Source: Camelus ferus (lineage: Eukaryota). Taken from it: a stretch of DNA of 64,000 nucleotides. A program made the position numbers and the translations under genes. Below, piece by piece: positions 22,053-36,375 of the stretch. Numbering within the stretch: the first letter of the stretch is position 1; each line of letters begins with the position of its first letter. The notes under the pieces are model-generated. The model ran no database searches. It was not told where the DNA came from and worked only from the letters and a program-made list of their open reading frames with translations. Location of the stretch: the NCBI RefSeq assembly GCF_009834535.1, contig NC_045697.1, positions 17,300,001 through 17,364,000 on the forward strand, in the 5' to 3' direction.

Positions 22053-25000
22053 CTGGTGTACAGCCAACGCTTGACTGGTCATGATGCTGGGACCCAAAAC
22101 AAGGATGGCAAAATGGATAACTGTTGATGCAGGGAAATGGAGATACAAGGGAGTTCACTATAAAACATTTCTACTTTTGTACATGTTTGAAAAATCCCAT
22201 TAAAAAATCTGAAGTCTTTTGGGAAGGACTAGCTGAGGTTTAAGGAAAAGAACCTAGCTTTTGAATTAGAAAATTTAAGGTTTATTTGCACATGAAGACC
22301 TGTTCTAACTCACTAGTAATCAGAGAAACACAAATTGAAGCAATGAGATGTTAAACCAGCAAAAATGAGAAAGTGGAATCCCAACTGCTGGCAGAGATGT
22401 GGGAGGAAGTGTGCCCTGACAGTAAGATGGCCCCACTCTGGTGTGGCACGCAGCACAGAGACTCTTACACAGGCGCACAGTGACGTGCAAGGAAGGGTTC
22501 CATGCAGCTTCGTTCACGGCAGTGGAGAGTTGGGAACTCTCATGTGTCTGTCATGGGGAGAGTGGGTGGGCAAACCATGGGGCTTGCACCCCACGGAGCT
22601 ATATGGCATAGTCTGGAGCAACAGATAAGATGCATCCACGGCAAGAATGGACCTTAAAAGGCATCAAGTCGATAGAGAAACCAAAAAAAGTCAGAAGCAA
22701 ATGGTATATGAAATGTAAATTCAAAATATCATCCCAGAAAACTAAATACTCATTTGGCAAGACACATATAAAGAAGGAAATTCGCATGAAAGAAAGAATG
22801 GTTACTTAATAACAGAGATCAGCAAACTCTGGCTCTCAGGTCAGATCTGCCCTTAGTTTTGTAGATAATGTTTTACTGGGACACACAGGCACTCATTCAT
22901 GCACCGTCAGAGGACGCTCATCTGCACCACGATGGTAACGTGCCAAACACTAACCCAGAGGTTAAAGAAACAAAGGCGGCGGCCAGAAAACCTACTTGAG
23001 TTCTCACCAGCTAACAGAGCCCCGGAAGTCACTTTCCCTGCTTGCTCCCCAGCTTTGCCAACTGGAAAAACGGGGCAATACCCATCTTAGAGACAGTACA
23101 CCTGCCAGTGCCTTGTGAATTACAAATGGCCCTTCACACGTGAAGGTTTCTTATTATCGGGGTAACAAGAAGGTAGGAATTGTATTGCACACCTGTGTCC
23201 TCCTTTAATCCAATGTTGTCTCCTCCCCAGACTTACTCACAGTGTCTTCTCCTTTACTTTCCTTGCCCACACTACGGAGAAGCTAACGATAAGGAAGTAG
23301 CCAGAAGGCAAGGCAAGGCAAAGAGAAGAGAAACTGCAGACCAACAGGAGCCACAAACGGGAAGCAAACTCGGAAAAAACTGGAAAAGTAGACCCAGGAG
23401 AGACAGGTTGGACCCGACTGTGGCCATGGTCCATCAAGCCTCAGAAGACTGCCGACTTCATTAGGTACTGTCACCTCACGACACCTGACGTACAGGGACG
23501 AGGGGTTGGCCATTCCCAGTAACAAGGTACAACTGTGACCACCACTTAGATGCCAAGCCCGTACCCGGTGTCTGCTAAACACTGCATATACAAAACAGTA
23601 TTTATCACAAGGACCTCATTATCTTCATCCCATTTGACAGATGAAAATATTGAGGGTATCAAGGATTAAGTAATTATTCCAAGGCCACACAACTGGGAAG
23701 CGGCAGAAGCAGTTTATTCAGCCCTCCCCACAACCCGACAAGGTAGCATCACCACCACTGAACCGACTGAAGTTGCACAGTGGCAGGGCCTCAACCACAG
23801 TGACTCCGAATGTCCCACCTTTCATCTCAAAATGCCTCCTTGGGATCCGCACCCCAGACAACCATTTACTGGGAAAGCTTCCTCACTTCCTCAGGTCCTA
23901 AGCCACGTCATCCGACAGAACGTCTAAGAAGCGGAAAGCAGACTGGATGCTGCTGGAGACAACGATGCGGTCGAGGGGCCTCGGCAGCCGCATGGGCACA
24001 CTCTCAAGGCGCCCAGCTCACTGCTGCCGGCGGCTTAGGGGAAGCCTATCTGATGTAACCAAGAAGCTGCAATTTAATGGAAAGACAGCATGATGACAAG
24101 AAAATCGGATTTGGAGGAGGACCAGGACCCTAGGCCTGGGCGAGAGAACTTGGGCAAGCAGCTTCTGAGACTTTGTCCAGCTGGGTTTGCTTCACTGCAC
24201 GTGGAGATATTCTTCTCCTGCTCTAACCTGACACACCGTTCCCAGTCACTTAAAAATAAATCACAACAGTAATATTTTACTGGGTACTTGATCTTGGGCA
24301 GGGACTATGCCCTTTGCATATACTACGTCACTTTATACTTACTACAAATGTCATGAGTTAAATACTAAACTATCCTCACTTTACAGATGGCAAAGCTGAA
24401 AGGTTAAGTAATTTCCGCAGTGGACTTAGGATCTGACTCCGAGACTGCCTGCCTGACCAGCAGGAGCCCGTGATTTTAACCCAAGGTATCTAAACCCCCT
24501 AGATTCATGATAGAACCCAATGGGGAGTTTTGGAAACAAACAAACAAACTGATGTTTGGACCAAAATGTAGAGATTTTGATTTAATTGGTCTAACTAAGG
24601 TGGGGGCTGGGTTGAGAATCACTGTCTTAACCATATTCTAAAGCAGCCCCCCCATTAAAAACTGGCCAACTGATAAAGTCCCAGCCCATGTTCAGATACA
24701 GAAATGCACCAAAATGCACTAATACAGCTGTATAACAAACTAACATAAAAAAGCTTCATAATGTATGGTAAGTGATGATATTCTTAAGCAGTTAAATATT
24801 GCTCTTAGTTATTCATACTACTTTATATAAATGCAGATGAGTATTTTGGCTTTGCAACTTTTTAAAAATCTGAATTTGAAAGATATAGCACTCTGATATC
24901 ATTTTAGCTTGCTGGGTTTTTCTTTTTTTTTCTTTTTTAAGGAAAGATATAGTAATATAAATCTGGAATATGAATCAAGCAATAAAACAGAGCTCTGGTA

Positions 25001-25704
25001 AAACAAGTCCAGCCAACATTCCCAAACAGGAGTCCCAAATTGCAAGGGTGGCCCTTAGGGTTTTGTTACGTTGAAGTTTACATCAGGGTGACTTCTGTAA
25101 GGTCAAGGTCAGTGAGAAAGGTCAAGGTGCAGTGGAGACTTACATTTTCCCTTTTAAACTCGAAATAAGAGTAATTACCCCTCAAGCTGTGCAACTGAAC
25201 TTCAGCAAGTAGGTACTCCTGGCCAATTTCTAGATTTAAGCTGAAAACTGTCACTGTACATTGAAGTAGCATTCTGTGCTCTCTAAAATAATTTTATCAC
25301 TTGCTTGTTAGCTAGCCATGTGACCTGGGACATGTAGGATCTCTCAGCCTTACTTTCTATACTGAGCAATACGAATAATACCCAGGCTTCTTCCCAGTGT
25401 TGCCGTTAAGACTGAATGTGTTCATTTGTGCCAATAGGTCTTGCACAGTGGCAGGAACAGAAAAAGGCTCACAAAATAGCAATTCTCCACCTTTCCTATA
25501 AAAGCTCATGTTAGATTATTGGATACAGGGCATGACTCAAACATCCTTGAAGGATCTTGGAGCTATCTTTTTCTGTTAAGAACTCAGAAGTTTGTTTTAA
25601 ATACAATTTGCACCTGTACCTTCACCATAAACCTTGTTGACTGGATTAAGCTTATGCATCAAACAGCACAATCTCACGTAAGACCTGTATGTGTTATGTG
25701 CACA

Positions 25705-26030
25705 TGAGTCAGGATGGGTTAAATTATATTGTAATAACAAACAGTCCCCAGACCCCAGTGGCTTCTACAAACACAGGTTTATTTCTTGCTTATTCCCATC
25801 TGGGGTCAGCTGGGCACCCTGCTGTGTGGCCTCACTCTGGACTGTGGTAGAGGGAGGGAGCCTGGGAACCGCACACAGACTGTGCTCTTACAGCTTCCGG
25901 TCAGATGCGACCATGTCACTTCTGGACTGGCCTAAAGTGAACAAGTCACACGGCTACACCTAACTTCAAGGGGGAGTGGAAAAAAATACCACCTGCCCAG
26001 AACCAAAAATATTTGGGGAATCACATTAAT
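25705..26030 (-). mobile_element. MLT1 (MaLR) LTR fragment
   Basis: gtaataacaaacagtccccagaccccagtggctt...aaacacaggtttatttcttgct; agtcacacggctacacctaacttcaagggg. Confidence 0.6.
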
Positions 26031-27965
26031 AACGATCACCAAGATCTTACAGTTTACAAGGTATTTGTCACAATAATTATCCAATTCACACAATATCCAA
26101 GATAGCAATTAATTAATTAAATGTGATAATTCAATTATAAGGTGTCAGCAAACACCAGCAAAAACAGAGAAAACCCAGTGCAAACAGTTTGGTCAACTCT
26201 GCCCACTACTCTGCGTGGAAGCACCTTGAGCGTATGGAACGGAAGTGCTGAACCCGCTGTCTGGTCATTCCAAGACACGCCTGCCTCGTGAAGTGCGTCT
26301 TCTGTTATGAGTGGGGTTTTCATTTTGATTGGTATTTTTTTGTAAACCACCTCTGAATGAAGGCCAGCTATATCAGTTCTCAGCTTTAAAACTGTGATCT
26401 TTCAGTATTGAAGGAAAAACTGACCATTTTTTCCCCTTGAAATAGCCCAGCATGCATCTCCAACCAGCACCTTCTTGGGGAGATTTAACGTGGACTATCT
26501 AGTGATTTTTGCCTAAGGGCTGAGTTCAGAGTCTGACCCCTGGGTGAAAGACGAGACTGCACTTTACCCCCTCTAGAAGGTGAGGGAATGAACAAAGGCT
26601 CATCAGCAGTCCAGTAACAAGAATATTGAGAAAGGAAGCACCTCAAATTCCCCATCTCCTCAAGTCCCCTGTGAATGGAGAGCTTAGATGCATCTCAGGA
26701 ACCCTGTGGCTCTCTGGATCTGGCCCCTGGCTCAGTATTTCACCTACCTCTTCCACCCTGAAGATGAAAGTGTGAGGCAGGAGGCTAAGAACAGTCTCCG
26801 CTTTTCTTAGTTAATCCTGGTAAGGTTGGCTTCAAAGTGTGACCACTGGGTGTCAGGCTTCAGGGGGAAAGAAAATAGACATGGTTTACCAACTCCACTT
26901 AATTATGCCAATGGAATTCAAGTGAGAATTGCTAAAGGATAGAAAATTAGCTGGCCCAAGTCTGTCAATGTCAGGGAATGCCCACTAAACTTTCACTCCT
27001 GTGATTCAATCAAGCAATATTTATCTTTTCTGCATCTGTACGAATAATTCATTAGATAACACAGTGGTATGACCTTAACCTCTCTCTTGATTTAAAATTA
27101 AAGGGGAGTGGCCAACTTCTGTATCAAGCATTTCTAGAGACAGATAACCTGAAACCTTCCCACAACAAAACACCTGGGAATGCAGAAGATAAATACAGTA
27201 AGATCTTTTTAAATGCACAAGCAAGCATAGCAGGAAATAGGGTAAATTCCCAAGATAGGATGGGAGGAAGGGACTGGAAATTCAAGTAAGGATGATGTGG
27301 GTGGGCACATTTTGACATCTGCCAAACTTGGCAAGACAAGGACAGGAGGAATGGGACTAAGGGGTGGAGTACAACTGTGATTTCTACGTAGAGCCTTGGC
27401 CTTCAAAAAAGCATGTCTATAAAGTGGCACAGATATGACAAGGTAGTTCAGTTTTGCACTGGCTGTGGCTGGGGGAATGGAAGTAACAGTGCTGCAGAGG
27501 AAAGTTAACAAACAGAGCACTGGGGCCTGCTCTCCCCTCCCTCCACCTCCACCTGCAACGGTGGAAACCAGCTCCCCCTCACGTATGTACGTTAACAGGC
27601 TGGAAACTTGGGCCGGTTACATACCCTCACAGCACCTCATTTTCCCTGGCTGGGCAGTTGTGAAGGATTGATACATTTAGTTTATGTTAAGTGCTTAAGT
27701 ACATAAAAGGAGTGTTCAGAAAGGGAGGGCCTATCAAAATGTGTTTGAAGTATGTTTTTCTTTCAGAGTTCAACAGATTTTTCCTTAAGAAAGTAAAAAA
27801 ATATGATAGGCATTATCTGAAAACTAAATAAAAAGAAATATACTCCATCTGTAGTTTTAAGGAACCAAGATTTCACAGCCGTATGAGATGCTAATCAAAT
27901 TATTAGAAAAAATTGCCTGAAATTAGCAAAATTTTTATACTTCCGTCACAATTAAATTACTAAAA

Positions 27966-27966
<1 letters not shown>

Positions 27967-28002
<36 letters not shown>
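27967..28002 (+). repeat. (CA)18 microsatellite
   Basis: Direct count. Confidence 0.95.
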
Positions 28003-28006
<4 letters not shown>

Positions 28007-31000
28007 AATGTTTTGATAACTATTACTCAAGTTCTCTTAATGTCACTGGCATAGTTTTTTAAAAAAGTTTTTATTTGGGGAAAGCAAGGAATCAAATGGG
28101 ATTGTAAATATAAAAGCTATCGTGTATATAATTGCATAGGGAGAAGAGCCCTCAGTTGAATGAGGAGACAAAATAACAAACTGAATGACCTTGAAGCCAA
28201 CTTGGTTATCTCAGGGCCTTGGTTTTCTTTGAAAATGAGCGTTTTAAATCAATGACTTTTGAGGTCCCTTCCAGCATTTTCTCTGACTTTGACAGCTGCT
28301 GCAATTGCAATAGAAACCAACTATCCATTTGGCCCTCCTAGTCCACAAAAACAAAACACACAGTATCATTTTAAGAGTCAAAGAGTCAAATTCTTGTTTT
28401 GAATTTTAAAGTGCTCCATAACTGCTAAGGTTAAAACTCCTCTCTTTCAAAAATCGAAAAGGTTGAATCATCAGAGGATAAAACCCATCACCACTGCAAA
28501 CCAAAGTGGATTTTCAACCTAGTAGAAAATTTGAATTGACAAAGCATGCAAAAATTAGCTCAAATAGCTGCAGCCTTCCTCTGTGAGTATCCTGGTAACT
28601 GCTTAGTGGTTTGTTTATGGTTTATGCAGCAAAAAGCCATGAGTCTGGAAGCATGAATGTACCCATATGCCCTGAAACTAGAACCTTCATTCAACAGGGA
28701 CGTCTTCTTCAAGGAAAAATAACACAACTAAAAAACTACTAATTCTTAATCAAAAGATTTAATTGTTTTCACAGGATTCTTTTTTTCTGGGGGGGGAACA
28801 CATGGGAGTAAATCAACTGTCAATCATGCGTTTGCAAAATTTCCCATTTCTTACAGTCACTGGATTTACATACATTTGTAAGTGGTGTTTCTCCATATAC
28901 ACATACAGTGAAAGACACTGTCCAAATAACTTTTGATGTAAGGCGGAACTTAGAAAGAAAAATCACTTAAGAAATCAAATCTCATATAATAGAAATACTT
29001 TAAGCACACAGCATTCACACAGCTGACTGCAGATCCTAAATGCTTATCTCAACAGAGGAAATGCAATTAAGCGGCCTTCACTCAAAATGGTGTCAGAAGG
29101 CAACTATCCTATTTACTAGCCACTGATAAGTTATGACAACACTATTTCATAGCCTGTCATCGTAGTTCTTTTAACCCCTTGCCCCCTCCTAGCACTGGGA
29201 TTCAGGATTTCCTCAACACTAAGGACTTATCTCAAAAGCTTTTAGTTCAGAACAGTAAAATAAATAAATAAATAAAGATTGCAATGCCACACTCAGGAAC
29301 TAGATAATGACTTGGAAATAAAAAAGGGGGAAGGAGGAGAATTGATGAACTGTCACTTATCTAAGTTTTCTACTTTTTAATAAATAGCAAAACTAAACTG
29401 GAAACACTAGCTTAAAAAATAAATCTAGCAGACCTAGAAATTCTGTGGGAAACCCAATGGCCATGGAAAACATTTCAAGCACTTCTAGTAGGTCTTTATT
29501 CAGATACATTGTTCATATATTACTTAATAATGAATATGAACAATTTGGCAAAAGACACAATATACCTTTTCACAATAAAAGTAAATTTTGAAAAATGACT
29601 AGCTATACAAAAGCTATCAGTATTATCAGTATTTTAATATGAATATAAGCTAATTCTCTTAATTATATCATTTAAACATTATTTTTCTCTCTTCCCTTAT
29701 GAGACTGGGGGAAAAATGCTAAAGAAGAAAAACAGTGGATGTTTCTGCCAAATAGTTCAGAAAGTCTTCTGTAGCTGCCCCTCCTTGCCTAGCTGAGCCT
29801 AAACCCTGTCATGAGACTGAAAAAGAAAGGTAAAAGCAAGTGAGGCCCTGCTGCGGGAACTTCAACTGGATCCTTTGGGAGTGAGTGTATGACACCCTAA
29901 GTTTCTCTTGTAGACAAATATTTTAGTCATTTATTTGTAATCAGACACTGACTTCAGCAGATTATAGTACAGGATCTGTAAACATTGTCACAGACACTAC
30001 ACTCTGTCAATTCATAAACATAATATAGATTATCCATGAAAAGCTTGTGGTGATTCCTTTCAATACATTCTTTCTGGATACTTTTCTGCACCCATCCCCT
30101 AGCATAGAATCAGAAAAAAAAGAAGGCATTCAGGTCACTTAAACCTTCTTGTCAAATTCACAATACTACTGACACTTACACAGGGTTATCTTTCCAGATG
30201 ACTTTAACTAAGAATCTTAAGAGTCAGAAATTAAGCAAGACAGACTGCTGGAAGGTGGTCACAGTAACTGTTCCAAAATCCATGTAAAGAATGGAGCTTT
30301 ACTCAGGCCCCACGAAATACCCGATCATATTTGTAACAATGAAATAGAAAAAGCTGCTACCTATGGGCATTCACTGGACCAGGTGTTAGTTATATACTAT
30401 TTCATTTAGTGAACCCAATCCTTTGGCAAAATACTATAACCAATTGTCCCTTTACAAATGAGGAAGATGGTTAGCTAAATCACAAATCCCACAATCCCAC
30501 TGCTGATTAAGGGCAGAGCTGGGATCTAAAACCTTGATCAGTCTGTTTCTAAAGCTCATTACGTCATATTCTTACCCCACAGTCCTTGGACAATCTGGTT
30601 TCTAGCCCAGTGGTTAAGAGTAGGCAGTCTAAGAAGTTCCCCCACCACCAGTGAGGAAGGGAACAACGCAATAAAAAAGTAGATGCAAAAAAGCAAGCCA
30701 CGGTGGGTATATTTTTTTTAAATAGCCGCTAAAAAGTTACTGTGTACCAGGCCTAGTGTTAGGTATTAGGGACACGGTGACATGTGACACAGTCCCTGCC
30801 CTTCAGGAGCTCAAAGCCTACCAGAGAAAACCTGCCTTAAATACTCAGGCTCCAAGATAGAAATGGGAAAGACAATCACCACGATGGCTCCAACTCATGG
30901 GAAAAGCAGTTTAGTGTAAGCAGGAAGAAATAGGATTCACTTTGGTTTGGAAATATTTCTAACCCCAAAACTAACCTAAACAAGTGACTTTTGGATGTTT

Positions 31001-33589
31001 CCCTTAGACCAGCGTAGTATCAATGATCCATTTTAAAAAGTCAAGAAGTGGTTGCACCGCAAATTCATAATTGAGCAAATCATCAGTAAAAAAGATCCCA
31101 TCAGCCCCTGGTAGTACCACTTCAGGAAGAGGATGATGCAGTGATGTTCCTTTCCCATTTTCTTGTGAACATTAAACCAGAATGGAAAACTAGACCCACC
31201 CTGCTCACACAGGTACCTAATACATAATGCAGATAATGTTCTCAACTTACGAGATCACAATCTTGGAACCATGCAGTGCATCAAGGACTCCAACCAGGCT
31301 TTATATTATATATTCAAGCTCAGGGAAAATGCACCAAGTACTGCAGGGATCCCTTAGGTAGGCAGAATGAGGAATGCCAGTTCTGCTGATGAGTGGGCCA
31401 CGTGACCCTGGACCTCAGTTCTTGGGGGGTGGGGGGAGAAGGCGCAATCCACCCCAGAGGCATGAGATTCAGTCCTGATCAGGGACTCTGAAGAGTTCCT
31501 ACACATTATCTTTAAAGTTGCTACTGACTGCTTTCTTTTTCACTCCACTGTGCCCAATTATTTCTTGCCTTCAGTCTACCTGTTTCTTGGTGAAGACAGT
31601 GCAGTAACTGTCTAAGAGAGCTGTTCATTTAGAAGTCCTAGATACTCAAAGATACCCCAAACTACATTTCTCTATAGTAATAAACAAACTGGGGGAAATT
31701 AGGGCTTCAAAGACTTTTCTTATCCCTGACAAACAAAATACCTTGTACCAAAAATGACATGAGCAGATCCTGATCATCACACCACTTTAAGGAGACACCT
31801 CTAAAGCAATCAGCACTTTCTGTACAAACTCCTGTTTCTCTAAGGTAATTAACTGTCTCTATAAAGGCAAGGAAGAATGAATCAGGTGTTCAAAGCTTTA
31901 AGTCATCAGTCCAGCCTCTCCTAAATGTAAAAAAGTAAACATTAACAAGATAAAATGAAAACTATTTTTTAAATTACAAAAAATTTCAATACAGTTAACT
32001 CTGGAAAGTAATGATTACACAAAACAGCCATAGATAGCTTTTTTAAGAATTTCTAAGTAAATATTTTACAAAATAGTCTCCAGTATGTTTCTGTACTAAG
32101 CAGAACTGAGGCTGTACAATAAAAAGCAAACATGCTAAAGTAATATGCCATACGCGTCACAATTCAGAGATGAAACTTTAATCATTTCTTCTTCAATTTA
32201 CTGCACAAGTTTATCTACCATTCCTTAAAAATTGGAATGTTTCCCTTTTAAAGAATGTTAGCACTGGCAAATTCTCCCTTTGAATCGAATACTAGGTACT
32301 AAATACCATGAGTGCCAAAGAGCTGAAATATTCCCCAGTATCTAATCTGAACAATTCTACTTCTTTATATGATCTAAAATAAACAACACTCACCTCTGTA
32401 AACATTAAAATAAATTTCCATTCACTAAGGGTTTTAAACGTTACTCCCTAAAATTGATAGCAAGCCTCTGATCATGCCTTAGATTTGGCTAAGTCAAAAT
32501 TTGTCAATTGCCAACAATTTTTCATATGAGAACAAATTTAAGAGCTAAAAAATAAGACACCTTTCAGCAAAAACACATCTATTACCAAGTATAGAATGTG
32601 TTCGCCAAGGCAACTAACCAAAAATCACGAGAACAAAGCGTAAAGAAAATTCAGATACTTGATGAGTTTATAGCTGCCATCGAAACCTAAATACATGAGC
32701 TCAGTTAATCCGTAAGTATAAAGAACATTTGCTTTGCCTATATATATACATATATATTTCTTTTTAATGGCCATATCTTAACTACTTTTCTCCATGCTTG
32801 CTATAACCATCCTCAACCTGGGGCAGCCTCCTCCCTGGTTTCAGTTCCCAAACTAGAGATCACAGAGGAGGAACCTGAGCACAGCGAACGGTCAAATACC
32901 TAAGATCTAACTAAACCTGCCCGTGACCTAAGGCATCCCTCTGACGATCCTTTGCCTACTCACAATCAGACCACTTGCCAAGTTCCTTTCATACACTATT
33001 GCCTTCCCTCAAGCCTGAACAAGATATCCAGTGCACTCAGATCAAGTTGGATTCCCCCATTCACCTTAAAAAAGAGGTATTTGAGTTGGGGTGCCTTAAC
33101 CCTCCCTTCTGTCTTCACTTTAGTCTTCCTAAGTAAGTTTTCTCATTTCCAAGGCTAACACCACCAAGTCTGGCCTCCACCTCAGTCCCTCTTAAGCCAT
33201 AGGTCCAGGTTTTGCTTAAAAAGGTTAAGGTAGGTCCCCCTTCTTTAAAAAAATATTCCTCCTATGTTAATCTTAATCCTAATCATGCAACTTCTTGTAA
33301 CAAGTAGACTTTGAAGGCTTTTCCTACTTCAAAACCCTCTCTTTCATTCAACAATGTCCTAATGCCTGGTGGGGCATGCTGAAGAACAGGAGCCTCCCTA
33401 TAGGGAACAGCCACAACCCCAATGCAGATTACTGAGTGTCACCCTTATCAGGCAGGCCTGTCCTTGCCTGACCTATGAATATTTTGAGAAAACTTTATGC
33501 GGTCTCTGTCCCTTTCTAAACAATGGCTCTAAGTGGTTTGAAACAGGTGCATACATAAACAAACATGGCAGTATATTAAGTTAACACAC

Positions 33590-33920
33590 TTAATATACTG
33601 ATACATGCAACACAGATGAATCTTAAAGAGTATCATGCCCAACAATAGGAGCCAGACACAAAAAACTACAACCAGTTTGATTTCATTTATGACCTTCTGG
33701 AAAAGTCTAAATTAAAACGACCATAAGTCCGTGGGCTTGCCAAGCTCTTGGAGTGGGCTACGGAGATTAGTGTGCAAAGGGACAGGGAAAAACCTTCTGG
33801 GGTGATGAAAATGTCGTGTAACGACTGTGGTGATTACACAACTATAAATCTGTCAAACTCCATTAAACTGCATATCTAAAAAAGGTAGTTTACTTTACGT
33901 AAATTATACCTCAATTAAAG
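33590..33920 (+). mobile_element. Old L1M 3'UTR fragment
   Basis: atacatgcaacacagatgaatcttaaa...ttctggggtgatgaaaatgtc...aaattatacctcaattaaag. Confidence 0.7.
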
Positions 33921-36204
33921 TAGAACTTTAAAAACTGTCTCTGAACCATGACTCTTGGCCTGAAATCCTGTTAATCATCTAAGAAATCATTAGAGCCTGT
34001 TGAAATTATTTGTCTGACATCCAACTAAGCCTCCTAAACAAAACTTTCTGATTACTTAACCCCAACGTCGCAAACAGTCACACAGAATCCAGCTTTAAGA
34101 ATTAAGGGAAAAAAATCTAAAATAGTTGGCTTTAACTTATAAATTCAAATTTCCAGCTTGGTTTGAAATACCATCAGGCATTGTCACAAGACACAGAGCT
34201 AGGGATGGGAGCTTATCCCAGCCCTTAACCACTTCCAATGACTCACACTTATCATTTAACTTACTTGGCTGCTTATTTATCTCACTTTCCTCAATACTTG
34301 GCTAATCCTTAACCACCCTTTCCTTTCTGATAACTATAGCTCTTTCATCTTTATCACATTCACTGTATCTTGCTTTTTATTATAGATCTCCGAACACAAT
34401 TCTTAAGCAGCAACCAAAAGATAACTCAAGACAGTCTCTGAATTATCAATTTTTACAAATTCACACAATGCCTTCCAAAGTTGGTACTTCATAAAATGAA
34501 CAATGATCGGTATTACTAAGCAATTTATACAGAAATTCTATGAAGGAATACCTACCACTAGCAAGTCAAGTAAAACTTCTATCTGGGAGAAGTGTTAACA
34601 AGTTATAAATATAGTTTTCCCATGGTTACCATGAGTTCTCAATCAGGTTCCCTTTACTACAGTTTACTATTAATTACAAATGAAGACTCTACAAAAAAGT
34701 CTTTTCAAACAATAAAATATGCCCACATGTTAATAAAAAGAATTAAGAAACTTGCCAAATATAAGTAACTCCCAGATTTGGATTGAAATCAGCATATAAC
34801 CAATAATTGAGGGGGGTAGAGAGCAGCTTTGATTAAGTTCAAATACCCTAGAAATGAACAATTATCAAGTCCAAGCTACAGAATTCACATTAAGCCATAT
34901 AGGAAAATTCCAAGAATCTAACTACTGTATGCCAGTAAAAGTAATTAAAAGTCACCACAGCAGTAAGTTCTCAATAAACCCTGGTGATGGCAAGGTGACT
35001 ACTTGTGTGATGGTTATCTACTGGGCCATTTTATGCATAGTTACAGTAATAGGACACCTCTAAAAATGCCTGGAACCAGACCATAATCCCCTCCTATACT
35101 TTCACTAATATAAAAAGAAACTGTAACATTCAAATCAATGTTTAAATATATACCAAATCTGTCAACTTTATTTTTACATTCAATATTACAAAAAGTGCAT
35201 TTGAGAACAATGTGTAGGTTATTTTCACACTACAAGAATTCTGGAACTATTAAAAAATATATACAATTAAGACATTCCTATCCCAATTATTTAAGAAGCA
35301 ATTTTTAAAATCTTTTTTCTTTTATTTTTATTGTAGTCAGTTTACAATGTACACTTAGAAATTAACACAACATTGTAAAATGTCTTTAATTTTAAAATGT
35401 TATTTAATGGGCTATAAATGTCCTTAAATATGTGGGGTGAGGTCTCCAAAGATTAATGTTGTCCAAGGTCTGTGAGGGTCTTTTCTGGGCCCAAAGCCAC
35501 ATTCAAAATTATCGTATAATAATTAGATACCTTAAATTTATAATAAGATTAATATAAGCCGAAAGTATGCTATGGTTGCATGAAAGGGTAATGTAATCTT
35601 AAATTGCATTAACTGAAGCGATGGCATGCCAGGCCCCCTGGGAAATACAAGTTCCACTGCACTCTGACCAGTCTAGACCAAAATACTGACTACAATCCAG
35701 AGAACACCTAGCAGAGGTAAAGTGGAAATGTTCCTATCTAGAAACTGTATCAAAGAGGAAGGCTGAAGGGAAGACAGACTACTCAGCCTAAATAATAAAG
35801 GAAGATGACAGTTAACTCAAGGAACTCAATGGTACCATGCTGAAGAACAGCCAGGCTTACTTTTACCTTTGCTCTAGAATTCAAGTTACAGAGAAAGTAT
35901 TTAGCACAGCATTTCTAACAGAACTATTAAGATGTCTTCAAAAGTAATGGTTTTCTCTAAAGCATCTGAGCAGAGTATATGGCCATTAAAATTATTCAGA
36001 AGAGAATTCCAGTATTTCCAAGTACCTTACAGACCTAAAGTTTGAGGACTAAATCACATGCTACATAAAAACATTGAGCATAGAATCCTTCTTTTTTGGG
36101 GATTCTGGCTATGGACTGTCCTATACCATGTGGTGTTCATTCCCTCAGCCTTTACAGGCAAAGGTTCTACTTGCTGATGGTCTTCCTTCCTTCCTTATAC
36201 TACA

Positions 36205-36375
36205 TAGTCTGCACCATCTGTCTAGAGGTTCTGTAACCACACATCCACAGGGATGTGGAACCTATGGATACAGAGGTACTATGCCGTTTTACATAAGGGA
36301 CTAAAGCATCCACAGATTCTGGTATCCACAAGGGGTCCTACAACTAATCCTCCGCAGAACTGAGAATGACTGTAT
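36205..36375. mobile_element. MER2/Tigger-like DNA transposon fragment
   Basis: ttttacataagggactaaagcatccacagattctggtatccac...gaatgactgta. Confidence 0.65.

Noticed and set aside
35167..35172. Distal DHX15 poly(A) signal (also ATTAAA at 37868-37863)
   Set aside because: Such hexamers are frequent by chance in AT-rich DNA, and there is no transcript evidence.
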